Shown one piece after another: positions 1 through 12,859 of a DNA stretch of 64,000 bases; positions within the stretch are counted from its first letter, which is position 1, and each line of letters opens with the position of its first letter. The position numbers and the translations under genes were made by a program. The notes under the pieces are model-generated. The model did no database searches. It was not told the origin of the DNA and saw only the letters and a program-made list of their open reading frames with translations. This DNA comes from Amphiscolops sp. MND2022 (Eukaryota), in assembly GCA_964187785.1 (NCBI GenBank), contig OZ076410.1, forward strand, positions 63,550,001 through 63,614,000. The letters run 5' to 3'.

Positions 1-550
1 ATTAGCGTGGCAAGAAAGTTACCAACCACCAATGACCCCCCCTTCGAAGTCAAACAACCCGAACCCAATGTCTCACACCTTGACCCAGGAGGAAAACAGC
101 TGTCAACATACCCAGACCACCGACCCCCGATCCAACGCAAGAAACCCAGGATGTAATTGACGACGCGGACACCCAAGAAGATAGCCCAAACCCAACTACC
201 CCATACGAACCAGAAGATGCTATACAAACTCCTAAACCCCCCGAAAATCAAAGTACAATCTTCGGCGGAACCCGACCTCAAACTGGAAGCCGGACTTCGC
301 CTACTACAATGCTCTAGAAACCAATTCAGCAAATTCGATAGATTCAAACAATGCCCCAGACGACGGCCGAGATATAGAGTTTTTGGCGGACCTCGGTCCA
401 GACGGTAGCCCGAGATCAGAAAAATGAAAAAACCCTAGGCGCTAACCTGGACGGCTATCCTACGACTTTATTTCAAATCTCCTCAATCTACAAGGGCTCT
501 CGCACGCACTCTCCTACTCTACGACTCAGACGAAAACGATACAGAGGCTA
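1..550 (+). pseudogene. C-terminal low-complexity tail of Gypsy pol (post-integrase)
   Basis: Begins LAWQESY, similar to YTISWEVNF in the pol tail of element C, followed by a P/T/E/Q-rich tail broken by stops. Confidence 0.45.
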
Positions 551-851
551 AATAATAAATTTCGAAAGACCAATTGACCATTGAACCGCCCCCATTTTTT
601 AAATTCTTTTCTATCTCATTTCCTTTTCTCTCGCTCTACTCGAACAGAGCGCACTAAACTTTTGTTTGGAACCGAAACACGGAACCAGTGAATATCCCAA
701 TGTGGAACAACAGATACAACAAAATGTTTACACAAGTGATAGTTTTCAACAAGATTTGCTGGGGCGCTGATTTTTTCTTCCACCAGCCTTAGACGAAGAT
801 GTAGTCACTGAAGCACCTTGCCCAATGTCCGAGACGCCAACGGATCCAACA

Positions 852-3800
852 TCAACAACAGATGCAGAACTGGAGTCCACCCGAAGCATTGCCTGACCCG
901 AAGACATCCGAGCCCTTCATCACCTGGCTAGAATAGTAGGCGGTGTAGCATTGGAATAGACTGTTAAAAATGTCTTCAGTAGGATGACGACTCACCCCAA
1001 CCCAAAGATCAAAACAATCACGAGCCAGAAACTGATGACCAACAGGCAGGTTGACCTTCAATTCCTCTACACAATCCAACGTCAGAAGATCAGACGAAAT
1101 AAACTTCGGGTGGAGGACAAACGACTGAACAGCAAAAAGACCAGAACGAATAACACTGGCCGGCATGTTTGTCCCACTGACACACATATCCACAACAAGC
1201 ATCGCACCGGACAACGGACACACAATGACTCGCACATGACAAACCACCTGTCGCACTTGGGCTCGGCATTGGTAACTCCCAATAGTGTCCAAATAAGATC
1301 TGACGCAGATCCACGACTAGTGACTTGAACTCATTAACATAAGACACTCGATCCAGATCATCCAGATACCCAGCCTCCTACAGACAGGCAACCAGATCTC
1401 GAAACAGTCTGACGACGTAGTCAGCATCACCCCCAACAACATATCCACACTGAGACAACTAAGAGAGCGAGCAATACGGGAGCTAGAAGAAGCGAAAGAA
1501 CTCAGCTGCTTCAGAAGCTCCAACGAGTAGCCTTGTCACTCTCGAAAGAAGGACCGACGTGGAGACTCCTTGAACCCCCGCAAAGCTTTCTGAAAACTCG
1601 CCTCGCCCTGGAGACATTCGCATACGGGCACATTAGCTCAACTATTGAGCGAATTGTCATTGAAGTCGAACCAATTGTCGACAGATGGCAGTTGGCTCAC
1701 CTTTTTGACCTTACTCAACAAGCTTCAGTAAAGAAACAGAAGTCAGTGAAACTCCTACAGGCATCATCCCGGACATTGGGATCAAAGAGCTTCTTACAGT
1801 TGGCGCGGAACAACAGCAGGACGACATGCAACAATGCTAGTTGTGGAAGACCCAACCGGTCTGAACACAGCAAAGAGTCCAAGTCCACCACATTAGCTGA
1901 CTTCCTCATCACAAATACGTCATTAGAAAGGCACAGTTTCACATCTGCCCAATGGTCCAACAGTTCCTGCAATACTTCACAGAGGGCACTGAAAGGCAGG
2001 TCACCAGTCTCCAAACAAAGACGCATCTGAGGCAATTCCAACAGCCACGCTTGCTGACGCACTCTCTTGAGACGCTGTACGAGATGTTCAACAGCAGCAA
2101 ATGGGACCACTGAGCCCACGCACGCGAAGCTAGCGTCATTCACAAGCCGTCACAAAAGCTCGGCACCAAAGGACACAGAGACGATGGGTACATGACGTCC
2201 CACCAGTCGGCACCAGTCGACATAGGAATAAAACAGAATAGGCGGACAATTTTCAATAGCAACTGGACCACGACGAGTCGATACGAGCAACAAGGCCCGC
2301 GACAAACAGTGAATGTAGGCCTCACTCGACACAACACCAAAATCTTCGTCCACATTGCAAACCTCGCGTATTGAATAACCGGAGCCGCATCGGACTGTAC
2401 ACCTCACCCCGGAGGATGAAAACTGCACAGCCAATTTGAAACAGCTGTCTCCCAGCTATGATTTTAAGCGCCGCAGAACTCGGGGTACAAGGTCTGTACC
2501 AGCACAACTACAATTTCTGTCTTGCTCCACGTGACTGACGCATACAGGCTTTCCATGAGCCGTGTGGTCCGAAATTGATTCCACAAGCGGCGCAGAAACA
2601 CCTGGGAAACACCGCTTCTGAATAACTCCAGCAACCAGCTGACTAGGGTAGTGGGGAGCACATTGGAAGGGATGCCAACCAACGCATCTACCTCATCTTC
2701 AAGAATCTTGTTCATCTTCCCTAAAGTGACGGGGGGCGTCTTCTCAATTTCAGTCTGCAGCTCAGCCGAGATTTCTGCAACTGGAAGTGCATCAAGTTTG
2801 ACCGTGTAAATATAATCTTCATGACCCAGTCGATACCTCTGGTCCTTTGCCAAATGCCCTTTGCACTTGAAATGACGCCACCGTGCCCCCGAGACAGAAA
2901 TGATACATCCTTGTGACAGATGGCACAATTAAAGCACTGAGCTGCATTCATCATCACAGGAGACCCAGGTGATACAGCAGGCAAGCCAACTAAAACAACA
3001 CACGTTCGCACGTACTGGAGCACTACAACCATCAGGATCACCAACAAGACAAAAGTGAAAAACAAAACAGTGGCACGAGCACAACAAATCAACTCCCATA
3101 AAACAACACGTAAAACTCTATTCCTTTGTCCCAGTCATTGTAGACTACCGATGCTTCTACTCCAACGGCAGCTCGTCCATGTTGGGTTCTATTATGGCGA
3201 GAAGGCTCGGCGGGGAGCGTTGAAACGACATCACTTTCCTTGGCAGGCGTATCCAGAGCAGCCTCACACACGAAAACGTCGCTACCACCAGAAGACTCAA
3301 CTCCAGGTCCAGAATCCAGGCCAGTGACTACAAAACACAACATAGAAGTACAATAAACGGAGTACCGAACTTCACCCACAAGCTACTCTCGACAAAGTAC
3401 AATAGAAGCAACAAGAAAGACGCAAGAATACATACTTTCAAGTGTTGGAGCCAGAAATTGTTGGACGGTCATATATTTCGCTAGAACTGTCCATGAGCGT
3501 GGGGGTCTTGGACACAGACCCCGCCATGAGACTGGCCAACCGTACTCGTTTGGATGACCGGACACTACTGGTCGACAACATCCGACTCGACCGCGACTTC
3601 TTCTTCTTAGACAATTTTGATTTGGCGCCCGAGCAGTAATCCTCGTCAAGATCATCATCAGTAGCTGCGAAAGTAGAAGTAAAAAGAACGCGTTCACACA
3701 CAAATAGAAAAGGCCGGCCACCCATTTAATTTCTAGAAAATTTTACTTTTTTGCTTGCTGTGTAGTCTATATCGTGCCGATCGTCACTGGTAGCTGAATG

Positions 3801-4061
3801 GAAAGATGCAGTTTCATCACAGCTTCCAACTTCCACCCCGGGGTCATCAGCAGAATCGTTTTTCTCGCCAAATCCACGCATCCTGGACTCATCTGCAACA
3901 CCAGAAACGACCTCGCCATTTTCATCCTCGACAACAGCAACAACTTGTCCTTCTCCCTGTACAACTGACTCCACAACTGATTCCACCTCAGCCTCATTTT
4001 CCGTCAATGCGATTTCCCGACTTCGACACAGCACAGCATTATCATCTTCAGTGGAACTCAT
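852..4061 (-). pseudogene. Antisense accessory gene of element A: acidic N-terminus, C2H2 zinc finger, hAT-transposase-like body
   Basis: Stitched minus-strand ORFs 3726-4124, 3438-3725, 3089-3379, 2721-3092, 2464-2928, 2140-2355, 1715-2143 and 852-1292. Zinc finger FNCAICHKDVSFLSRG..RHFKCKGH at ~2850-2930. Blocks LRRLWNQF..SLYASVTWSKT, LQELLDHWADVKLCL, AVQSFV and FDLWVGVS match the antisense protein of C. Multiple stops and frameshifts. Confidence 0.7.
3328..3435 (-). other. Candidate GT-AG intron in antisense gene A
   Basis: Donor AA|GTATGT at 3435 and acceptor TGTTGTGTTTTGTAG| at 3328. The flanking frame needs one indel to be repaired. Confidence 0.45.
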
Positions 4062-4290
4062 TTCAAAACAATCTGAAATGAAAGTAACAATTGACATCAA
4101 ATAAAAAGATGTGGCGTAAAACACGAAATTACTACTATTAAAAGTTATCTACTATATAAGGAGAGTTGTTCAGTCTGCCAGCTGAACAATTCACAGCTTA
4201 ACCCAAACGAATATCACAAGGCGGGATGCATCAGTCGTACTGAATATTGACTGACATTCACCTTATTACAATACAAAGAAGAATGAAATT

Positions 4291-4872
4291 ATGAACGATC
4301 AAACCAATGAAGATATTTTCATTCTTGACTGCGATCAAACAAACCACTCGGATGAAAGGCAAAGTACACCGCCACCAAATCACCTATTACTCAATCAACC
4401 GCGAGCGGCCATGGATGAGAGGCAAAGTATACCGCCGCCAAATCACCTATTACTTAATCAACCGCGAGCGGCTATTACTTATGAGATCGTCAACACGCAG
4501 GACCAACACGTGGTCCTAGTTCGTGAACAGTCGCCTATTGACACTACCAACGTGGAGAACGAACGAGGCATCAAAAGACGCTTCTCACAAGATAATCCAG
4601 TCATCCCTGACGACATCTTTCTCAGCCCTATCAGCTCCTACAGCAGCGCAGAGGATACTGTTAGTGACTGGGACACACACTCCACTTGTCGGTCATACGA
4701 TTCAATGCGAGACGATTTACCGACCCTATTGGAAACACCAATCCGTTCTATCTCCCATTTCATTCTCCCCGACGAGACAGCGCAAGGAAGCCGAGGACTG
4801 TCACAGACCCAGCTAAGCTGTGAACACTGCAACGAACTAAGCGCCGTCTATGAAGAAGGGAAATGGGAATAG
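4291..4872 (+). CDS. Small acidic sense accessory ORF of element A (193 aa, unknown function)
   Basis: Intact ATG-to-stop ORF, D/E/S/P-rich, IFILDCD near the N-terminus, CEHC near the C-terminus. Same position as the sense ORFs of B and C. Confidence 0.6.
   Translation: MNDQTNEDIFILDCDQTNHSDERQSTPPPNHLLLNQPRAAMDERQSIPPPNHLLLNQPRAAITYEIVNTQDQHVVLVREQSPIDTTNVENERGIKRRFSQDNPVIPDDIFLSPISSYSSAEDTVSDWDTHSTCRSYDSMRDDLPTLLETPIRSISHFILPDETAQGSRGLSQTQLSCEHCNELSAVYEEGKWE
4348..4473 (+). repeat. In-frame 63-bp tandem duplication (2 copies)
   Basis: Encodes xDERQS(T/I)PPPNHLLLNQPRAA twice. Confidence 0.9.
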
Positions 4873-5039
4873 AACAAAGGAAAGAAGACAGTAAGCAAAT
4901 TACAAACAATTAACACAAGACTCGAAAATATAATTACGGAGCTAGCATAATTATAATGATGTTTATCAATAATAAGAAAATGAACGGAGCTAATTTATAC
5001 TAAATAGTATTTAAAACGGAGCTAAATACTAATTATTGA

Positions 5040-6726
5040 GCGCAGTATACTGATTGGCAAACGGCCTGAGATTTAGAAATGCAGTCCCGCGCCCTGGCGT
5101 GTGGCCTCAAAATTGCAAGTTGAACTGCCGGCCTGGCAAGTGGCCTGAGAATTGAAAGCACTGCGTGCTTTATTGTAAATAAAGTATTATTGTAACATTA
5201 TTAAATTTAAAGTATTAATACTAAAAATAGTGTATTATTGTACCAATAAGTAAACGCGTTACTTTTGAACACTTGTAAACGTATTGATGTTTGAAAAGAC
5301 AATTAACAAGGCGCTGTACATGTAATCGTTCATAAAAAACATATATCTGTGCTGAATTTGAAATACCATATACTATGGCCCAGGACGTGGCCTGAACTAG
5401 AAGTTTGTAAAATCCATTGTAGAATTGTAAAGCGTTATTGTTGATGATAAATTTCTCCTCCCAATGAACCTGCAAATTAATATCCATGATTGAAAGTAAT
5501 TGACAGTTGAATGTAAAAAAGATGCTATTTTTCCATGTAAACCAAGTTTAATTGTTGGACAGCCCAGACCACGGTCTGGGCCGAGGTTTTGTTGCTCTCA
5601 AATTAATCTAGTGATTATTAGTGTCATATGAAGCCCATTTCGAGTCAGTTACCCTTTAACCGAACCATTTTAACCTGAACAGTGTTTCCACTGTGATTTT
5701 AACTCATGTAAATCCAAACTGCATTTACTATGATATTATTCTTTCTTGCTAATCCGCATAATTTCCCAAATGTCCTGAACCGCAGCCTGGGACAAGGAAT
5801 TTTCCAGTTTTCATTTTATTAATGCCGTTAACGTTTCATGAGAGATGTTATGAGCTTGTTTGCTAGTTTGTAAATTCTATTATTTTTTGCGCAGTATATT
5901 CGAAGTTGCTGAATTGAACTAAATTATTCTGTAAATCATTTTTCGATTTTGTATTTTTTCATCAGCTGCAATTTGGTGACTCACTTAGACTTTCACTGCC
6001 AAGTTCTGCTTCGGCGTCACGAAAAGGCGGGAGCTGGAGGCAGAGGGTTTGAAGGTCTGAGTTCGACAAAGCTGAACTGAACTTCCGGTTTCCCCGCCTT
6101 GGACGGACGCCGGGCTGAACGAGGTGTGAAAGGTGTGCTCATTTTTTCAACGCTTTTGAGGGCGGAAAGTATATATAGTTAGGAAACTTGAACTAATTTC
6201 AGTTGTTGAAAATTATATTTCGCGATCTTTTTGTCATTTTGCCTTTAATGTTCAATATAGTTTGAATTCTTCAATTTTTCCTCTACCTAGCGGAAATCTT
6301 GAGACTAAAATCTTTGAACTCTGTGGTACTCTGACGACTAAAAAAACCAGGAGAGATTCCTTGACCTGTTCACTGGGTGAGCTAGAAGCTTCGAGCATGA
6401 GTACAGAGAATATCCCGAGTATCTCCGATAGGGATTTTCTGAGATATCTGAGAAAATTGAAAAATCCGTCTGCTGGAGAATAAAAGACACTGAGACTAGA
6501 CAGAGGGAAATTCTTAAAATGATTGAAAACCTGTCTTCAAAGATAGACTCTTTGTCTAATGGAACACCTGTAGTAGCGAATACAGAAACGGATGAGATTG
6601 ATTCAGTGAATCCGGGATCCACTCCACAGCTATCTGAATTGTACGAGTTGCCCCGTCATGAGGGTCAACACAGAATAAACCATGCCCGTTAAGTTTCCAG
6701 GTATAATCCAGGTAGTCAGTCTCACA
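5040..6726 (+). repeat. Candidate 3' LTR of element A
   Basis: Follows the sense ORF, contains a broken coiled-coil-like frame at ~6260-6690 (EILKMIENLSSKIDSLS) and ends TCTCACA. There is no second copy in the window to confirm it, and the start is approximate. Confidence 0.3.
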
Positions 6727-7456
6727 AAACAGTTTTGAGGCCGTTTTTTCTTTGAGGAATAGGTTTTCCAATTAATCAAAGCAAATGACGTGAAAAAACT
6801 TATTCACCTTTTCAAAGTCTGACGCTGAATCTAAAGCAACCATTCGATACAATTCGCTTAAATTTGCCTGCCCTAAATCTGTTGGTACGGGTTTATATGA
6901 ACGATGTTAACTTCCAAAGTCGGAATAAGTAACAATGCTATCTCATTCGGGGGATAGTTCTCGGTTTACCAGGATTTTCGTCATTCCGTCTTCGGTATTT
7001 TTTTTCAAAAATGCTGCACTTAAACTTGCTTTTTGAAAGCCGTGATTAACAATTTCAAACAGTAAACGTGCTGCTAATCAATAAGAGAGTTGATGATACT
7101 GTTGACAAATGTTAATTACTTCACGCTGTAAAGGCCATATGGTGGAAAGGTCTATTTCTGAATATCTTTTGGTTCAGTTCTTGTTTGTAAATATATAAAG
7201 AATTCTCCACAACTAAAATCTTTTCATTAGTTTGAGGTCAGCTCAAGAGATTAGCTTAGCTCTCTCACACATACAGAATAACAAAATTCGCTTTCCTCTA
7301 TTCGGTTTCTGATTTGAGTGAAAAATGATACGTGTTCCATTTTTTGCGGGTCACCTAGTACGTCACAGTAAATACCGATGCTTGAATGTAACTTTTTGCC
7401 TCAGTGTTGGTGTCACCAGATTTTTTGCTAAAGTTTTCCAGTTTTCGATCTCCGGC

Positions 7457-7562
7457 AGGTCAAATCTAAAACGCTTTCCTTGAAATTGAGTTTTAAAAGC
7501 TGGGAGTTGAAATGAAGTATATTTCCTGCTATGTGTCAAAATTTGGATGGTTTGGAAGTGAC
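7457..7562. repeat. Left part of a repeat interrupted by element B
   Basis: Similar to 19565-19670. Continues at 17986-18480. Confidence 0.8.
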
Positions 7563-9760
7563 TGTCACAGCCCGCACCCGGTCTGGATTTTAACTGCAGA
7601 ACAATCAGTTTTGGAAGAAGCCATGGGTGTACATCAAGATCAACAAGTTGGTACTGTTGCTCACAAACTACTCTAGCGAAAATAAACTGTGACTTGAGAG
7701 GAAAACATTAACCAAATTCCAAATGGAAACTAAATTCTAAAAAGAACAGAACGAAATAATTTCACACATTTCCGGTAGGACGTTCAAGCGGCTTCATGTC
7801 CAAATCCTTTCTTTACCTGAAGTCTTATTCGGAATGAGCATTCGCAAAGATCATAGCTCAATCTAAAACAGAAATTACATTTGGGGTCTAAAGAACAAAG
7901 CATTACGCCTATTCTGAGGAAAGCAAATTAATTGCGCTTTGAAAGGCAACTAATGCGAAGTAGGACGGTATTACGTCGTTTTGTGAATAATTACAGTTAT
8001 GCAGGCTGATATTACTATTTGTCTATGACGCCACAATTTCGTAGCAGCATAACTAGTAGATTCCAAGTCACGTCTTAGTGACGTACCTGCCTAGCTAGCT
8101 GGCCGAGTCTAGTTAAGATTTTATGTCCACACTATGTCCACTCTATCAGGTAGCTAGGACTAGCATCAAATTTACGTCCAAGCTACGTCCTCTATTTATA
8201 AAATCAATCATGCTGATCAATATTGAGCTCAAGAAAACACCGTTTTGGCAAGGAACCTCTGGCAAATTCCTGTTTAATCTTAAAGTCTGAGTATGTCATC
8301 TATTCGGAAATGAATCAAAAAGTCATCGATAAAAAGTCTAACATGCCCAGTAAAAAATAGGACCGATTGTCAACGGACTAGGAACGATTTTAGAAGGAAA
8401 ATTTTAGACTAATGTTTTAAAGATTAGTACATGAAAGTTACAGTTTATTCCCATAACGTATCTCAATGAAATTATTTTCATATCTTGAAGAAGTTTTTGT
8501 ACCTTGTACTTTCATATTCAGTTTAATTCCAGCTCGTACAACTTTTATTGAAATTGAAGTTGGTACGAGGCCATCTGATTTTTACTATAATGTTGAGCAT
8601 TTTGAAACCAATGCTTATTATATTTCGTTCATCGTTAAATGTCGCTCCTTGTCCGTTGCTAATACAAATGAAAATCTTATTCATGTTCGTTGAATGTTGA
8701 TATTAATGCTCTAATGCTGTTTTGTAATTTTGTGTTAAGATTTGTGTTCATAATTGTTGCGCCCAATTAACGCCGTACAGACGTCCATGTAATTATTTTT
8801 GCTATAACGCTAAATTGAAGTTGAGGATGAATTGTAATTTCAGCCATGTTGATGAACATTCTCTTTTCCTAGAATCATTTCAAATCGTCATTTTGAAGAT
8901 TATTCATAATAAATTTCAAGTTGAGATTCAAAATCAGGTAATAGGTGTTCACGTCAGCTTCATCGCGAGAATTTTCCAGCGAACCGCAGCAGCAAAACAG
9001 CGAAGCATCTTCGGTTTGACTGACTGAAGCAAAATCTTCCTCTTGTTCTGGAGGAAATAAAAGGACACCCCACTTAAATGATATGATCATGTGCGATCAC
9101 TATAATCGGGTTGAGGATCTTGAAACTAAATTTTGACGAAATGTCGACGTAAAATTCGGGACCTAATTGAAAGTTTCCACGAAAAGACAGGAAATGACTA
9201 ATTCTTCGAGAAAAATTTAGGTACGCTTTTGTGAACAAATGATGCTAGGAGGAATTATATAAGGTCCAATTTTGTAAAAGATTCATTCCGCTAGAATTTC
9301 ACAGCTAACACAAATTTGTTCTGTTAAATCAGGTTTCTCGCAACACTCAATTCAACTTCACAACTCAAAAGTTCTTTTCTGACAATTTCTACAGGAAGCC
9401 AAAAGGTAACAGTGAAATTGTAAATGGAAGTTTTGTATCTCCAATTGTAGTCGAAAACGAAAGCGCAATAAATCAGGACGTCTTAGTGACAGGTCTCTCT
9501 GGTGCCAAAACCCCGAGGGTTAAGAATAGTTCTTTGGAGTCTAAGAGCATCTTCGAAGGAAGAGATCACCACTGAAATCAAAAGTTTGCAAGCTGAATCC
9601 CAGAGAAAAATTCGTAAAATGTTGAAAACTAAAACAGGAGAGTGTGTTAACGAAGAAGACGAAGCAACACTTGAAAATGAAACGAGAAGTTTTTACACGC
9701 CTACCTAATCAGTCAGGATAAATAGTACTCACAACAACGGCCCATATACAAGTCGTGACA
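7563..9760 (+). repeat. 5' LTR of element B (2198 bp)
   Basis: TGTCACAGCC...GTCGTGACA with inverted termini TGTCAC/GTGACA. Direct repeat of 15799-17985. Followed by TACTGGCAGG, a 7/10 match to the TGGTGACAGG PBS of C. Confidence 0.9.
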
Positions 9761-12550
9761 TACTGGCAGGTTAAACGACTCCACTAACCAATCCAAAAGG
9801 GCCAAAATAAGATCACAGAGTCAACCAGCGTCCAAGGAGGGTCCCATAATAGCTGGGACACTTTTCGCCAGATAAAAACGACAACTCTGCGCTGCCCATG
9901 TCAAAAGCACTAACAGCGTCACTCCCATTTTTCAATTAGAAATCTAAAAACTTTGAGTTGTTTGAGGATCTTTTCCGTAATATCAAGTTGTACCCACCCT
10001 CTCTACTGCGTGGTGACCCCTACAAGCGTTTTTTTCAATATAGAAGACTCTGAAAAAGACTCATTAGACCAAATAACGACAACCTTCGAACGTCGGAGCC
10101 CCAGATGAAGTAACTTCTGTCCCTCCCAATAAAATTTAGGTCACTCAGCCTCCGATTGAGACAAAACCGACGGAAGACAAAACCCAAAATACCAAAAAGG
10201 GTTACTGCTTCTACTATAATAAGTGTGGCTCCTTCAGAGTAGAATGCGGGAAAATGAAAAGGCATCGATGAAAAGCAAATAGATAAGTGGTATCACACAC
10301 GAAAAATTATGGACAAACAAGCGAGCGCGCAGGCAACACGATCAAATGCAATACTTACGGCAAACCTCACAAAACAGAGGACTGTTGAATTGAACCAACG
10401 CTGCCAACCACCCATGACCTAAACGTTACCAACAAGGAACACAAAAAAAGGATAACTCCGTCCAACCAACGGCAAACAAGACAATCAACGAACCAAAAAA
10501 ACTATTCACGCCGCGCCTGCGTTTCGGGAAAACAGTAGACGCGAGGGCGTATTCAATAGATCCCCCATCGAATACACTAAAAACTCAACGATAAAATGCA
10601 ATAGAACTCCAACAGAGGACTGACAACGACGACAAAATGTTGTAGCGATAAAGAAACACAATGCCAAAAACGAACAACAAAAGGAATACCCAGAATGAAT
10701 TATTGAATCCGAGGATCAATACATGACTACTAAAAGGGCCCTCCCAGAATCAAATGAAGAACAGGTCTACGTTTTTGACAAAGACTACAGATCCGACCCC
10801 TGGGATAGAACAGAGATGGTGACGCTTGTAAAACCCTACATTCCACAAAACTATTCAAAAAACCTAGAAGGATGCTCTACCTTGAAATTGGTGAAATAAC
10901 AATGAGTGGGCTAGACGACACAAGAGCGTTCATCAATGCAGCAATGTCCTGGTCAGACTACAACATGATCAAAATGAACTGTGATAACTGCGTCAATAAA
11001 AGATGCTCACAACCGCCTTTCAAAATCGAGTGTGCAAACGCTAAATTGAAACAACCCATTGCCACAGCGGACAACCAATTCAATATTGGAACCTGCACAT
11101 TCACGGACACGTTCGTCAACCTCTCGAAGACGTCCTTTCCCATCATAGGTCTAAATTTCATGAGGATCCATCAAGCAGTGATTGACACTGCTAACGGAAC
11201 AATCAAATTTCCCCTCGTCTAAATGACGTTAGCACTGACAGACGAAATGAAAAATTGTAACCCCAAACTGCTCCAAATATTAGTCGAAGTGAACCAAACA
11301 TTATCCCCTCAACAAACTTCGACCATTAAAGCCAAACTCGTCACAACCAACACACACGACGTCACGGGAGCCGTACAACCACTACCACATATCGACGAAT
11401 CAGGGAGCATAATCGCTGCACCAGCGCTGGCAACGGCACACAATAAACGAAAGAGTATCAGAATGGCCAACCTGACAGAATTTCCGTATACTATCAAACC
11501 ATACCAAAGTAGCGGAACTTCAAATCCTGAAACCAGATGACACGAAAGAGATGCGACCCAATGACGCCGCCGCCCTAAAGATACTCCAAGAACCAGATGA
11601 CCTACATGTGTATGTATGTCAATGAACTCATGAAATCAAGCGAGAACGAACAAAACGAAGAAAACTTCTGGTTTTCCACACTGGGAAATCCAGGCAATGA
11701 GGAAGAACATACATCAATACAACGACGAATATTTAAAAAAAATTCGTGAACTCATCAAAAAACACGAATTAGGCCCAACCTAAAATGATGAGCCAAGGAA
11801 AAAGTTCCTCGACATGTTCCGATAGGAAGGATCGCAGATAGGAGGCAAAGATTAAAAGCTACTCGAACAGACAAAAGTCGTGTACAATGACATCTTCGCC
11901 CGCCACCGACTAGACATCATGATTAATAACAACTTCAATGTAAACCTGACTCCGAAAGATGAAAGTCCAGTATACACTCAAAACCTACCCGTACCAATCA
12001 ACTTGAAGGAAGATATAACGGTAGAACGGTCGCATTAATGCATCGAAATTAAGTTACCATTTTCGAAATATGCAAGCCCGATTTTTGGACAACGGAATTC
12101 AAATAACAAATTACGTCTACTTGTCGACCTGCCAAAAATAATGCGCTAATCACAGATGACTACATTAAAAATATTCACCTAGTTAGCACACTATTAGACG
12201 CCTCCCAACATCTAGTGGAAAAAAACTAGATTCTGCAAACTAGACTGCTCACAAGCATAACACTGCCACCAAGAACAAAAGGATAATCAAGACAACGACG
12301 TTCAGTCGTCGCCGGACTTTTCAAATATTTTTACTGACGTGGGGGATAACCCTTACATACGACGCCACCCACAAATTGAAAGTCAACCTTCTACCCCCAA
12401 AATCAACGCCTACAACCGTTGGATATAATTCACGCAAAATAGCGAAGTATAATGTGAGAAAAAATAATCCGAAACGTAACACTAATCCTGACTTCAGACG
12501 AATTGACGCTATGACTTCGACTCACTGAAAGAAAAGACGATATCAAGAGT
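9502..12550 (+). pseudogene. Decayed gag-pol of element B with most of RT, all of RNase H and the integrase core deleted
   Basis: Gag motif KSKNFELFEDLF (~9945-9980) matches gag of C. Protease-like 10872-11222. RT start LLVDLPK and LDCSQA at ~12110-12266 joins directly to an integrase-tail-like YNVRKNNPKRNTNPDF (~12450-12500). Confidence 0.8.
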
Positions 12551-12859
12551 CCAGACTGAACCAATGTGACGAGTGTTCAATTTAAGGGTATACTACGACC
12601 CTCCATTCGCTTTATCTCTCGACTTCATACTATTTTAACTACCCCTTCAGGGAGCCATTCTTTTCTGTTTTTCACAACACAACCAACTAACCATACAGAC
12701 AGGAAGTAAATAACAGACTATAAACGAACAAGTATTAAATCAGGAACCTTCGTGTTAAATCAGTTCACCATCGTGATAAAACTATTTATCATTTCTTCGA
12801 ACTTGAACTACCGCTTGACCCCCTCTTCCATTTCTTCTTCCCGTCGTTCCCCAAAGAAT

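Larger units (their letters stand above)
1..6726 (+). mobile_element. Gypsy-type LTR retrotransposon A, 3' portion only (pol tail, antisense accessory gene, sense accessory ORF, candidate 3' LTR)
   Basis: Same layout as elements B and C. The antisense protein is homologous by eye to that of C. The right boundary is tentative (GTCTCACA ending at 6726, resembling the TTCTCACA LTR end of C). Confidence 0.6.

Noticed and set aside
984-3327. Plus-strand ORFs after the pol tail of A as an env-like gene
   Set aside because: No signal peptide or transmembrane pattern. The minus strand of the same DNA carries the zinc finger and blocks conserved with element C, so the plus-strand ORFs are antisense shadows.
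3663-3750. Additional intron in antisense gene A
   Set aside because: The acceptor (TACTTTCGCAG) is good, but I could not find a GT donor in the required phase.
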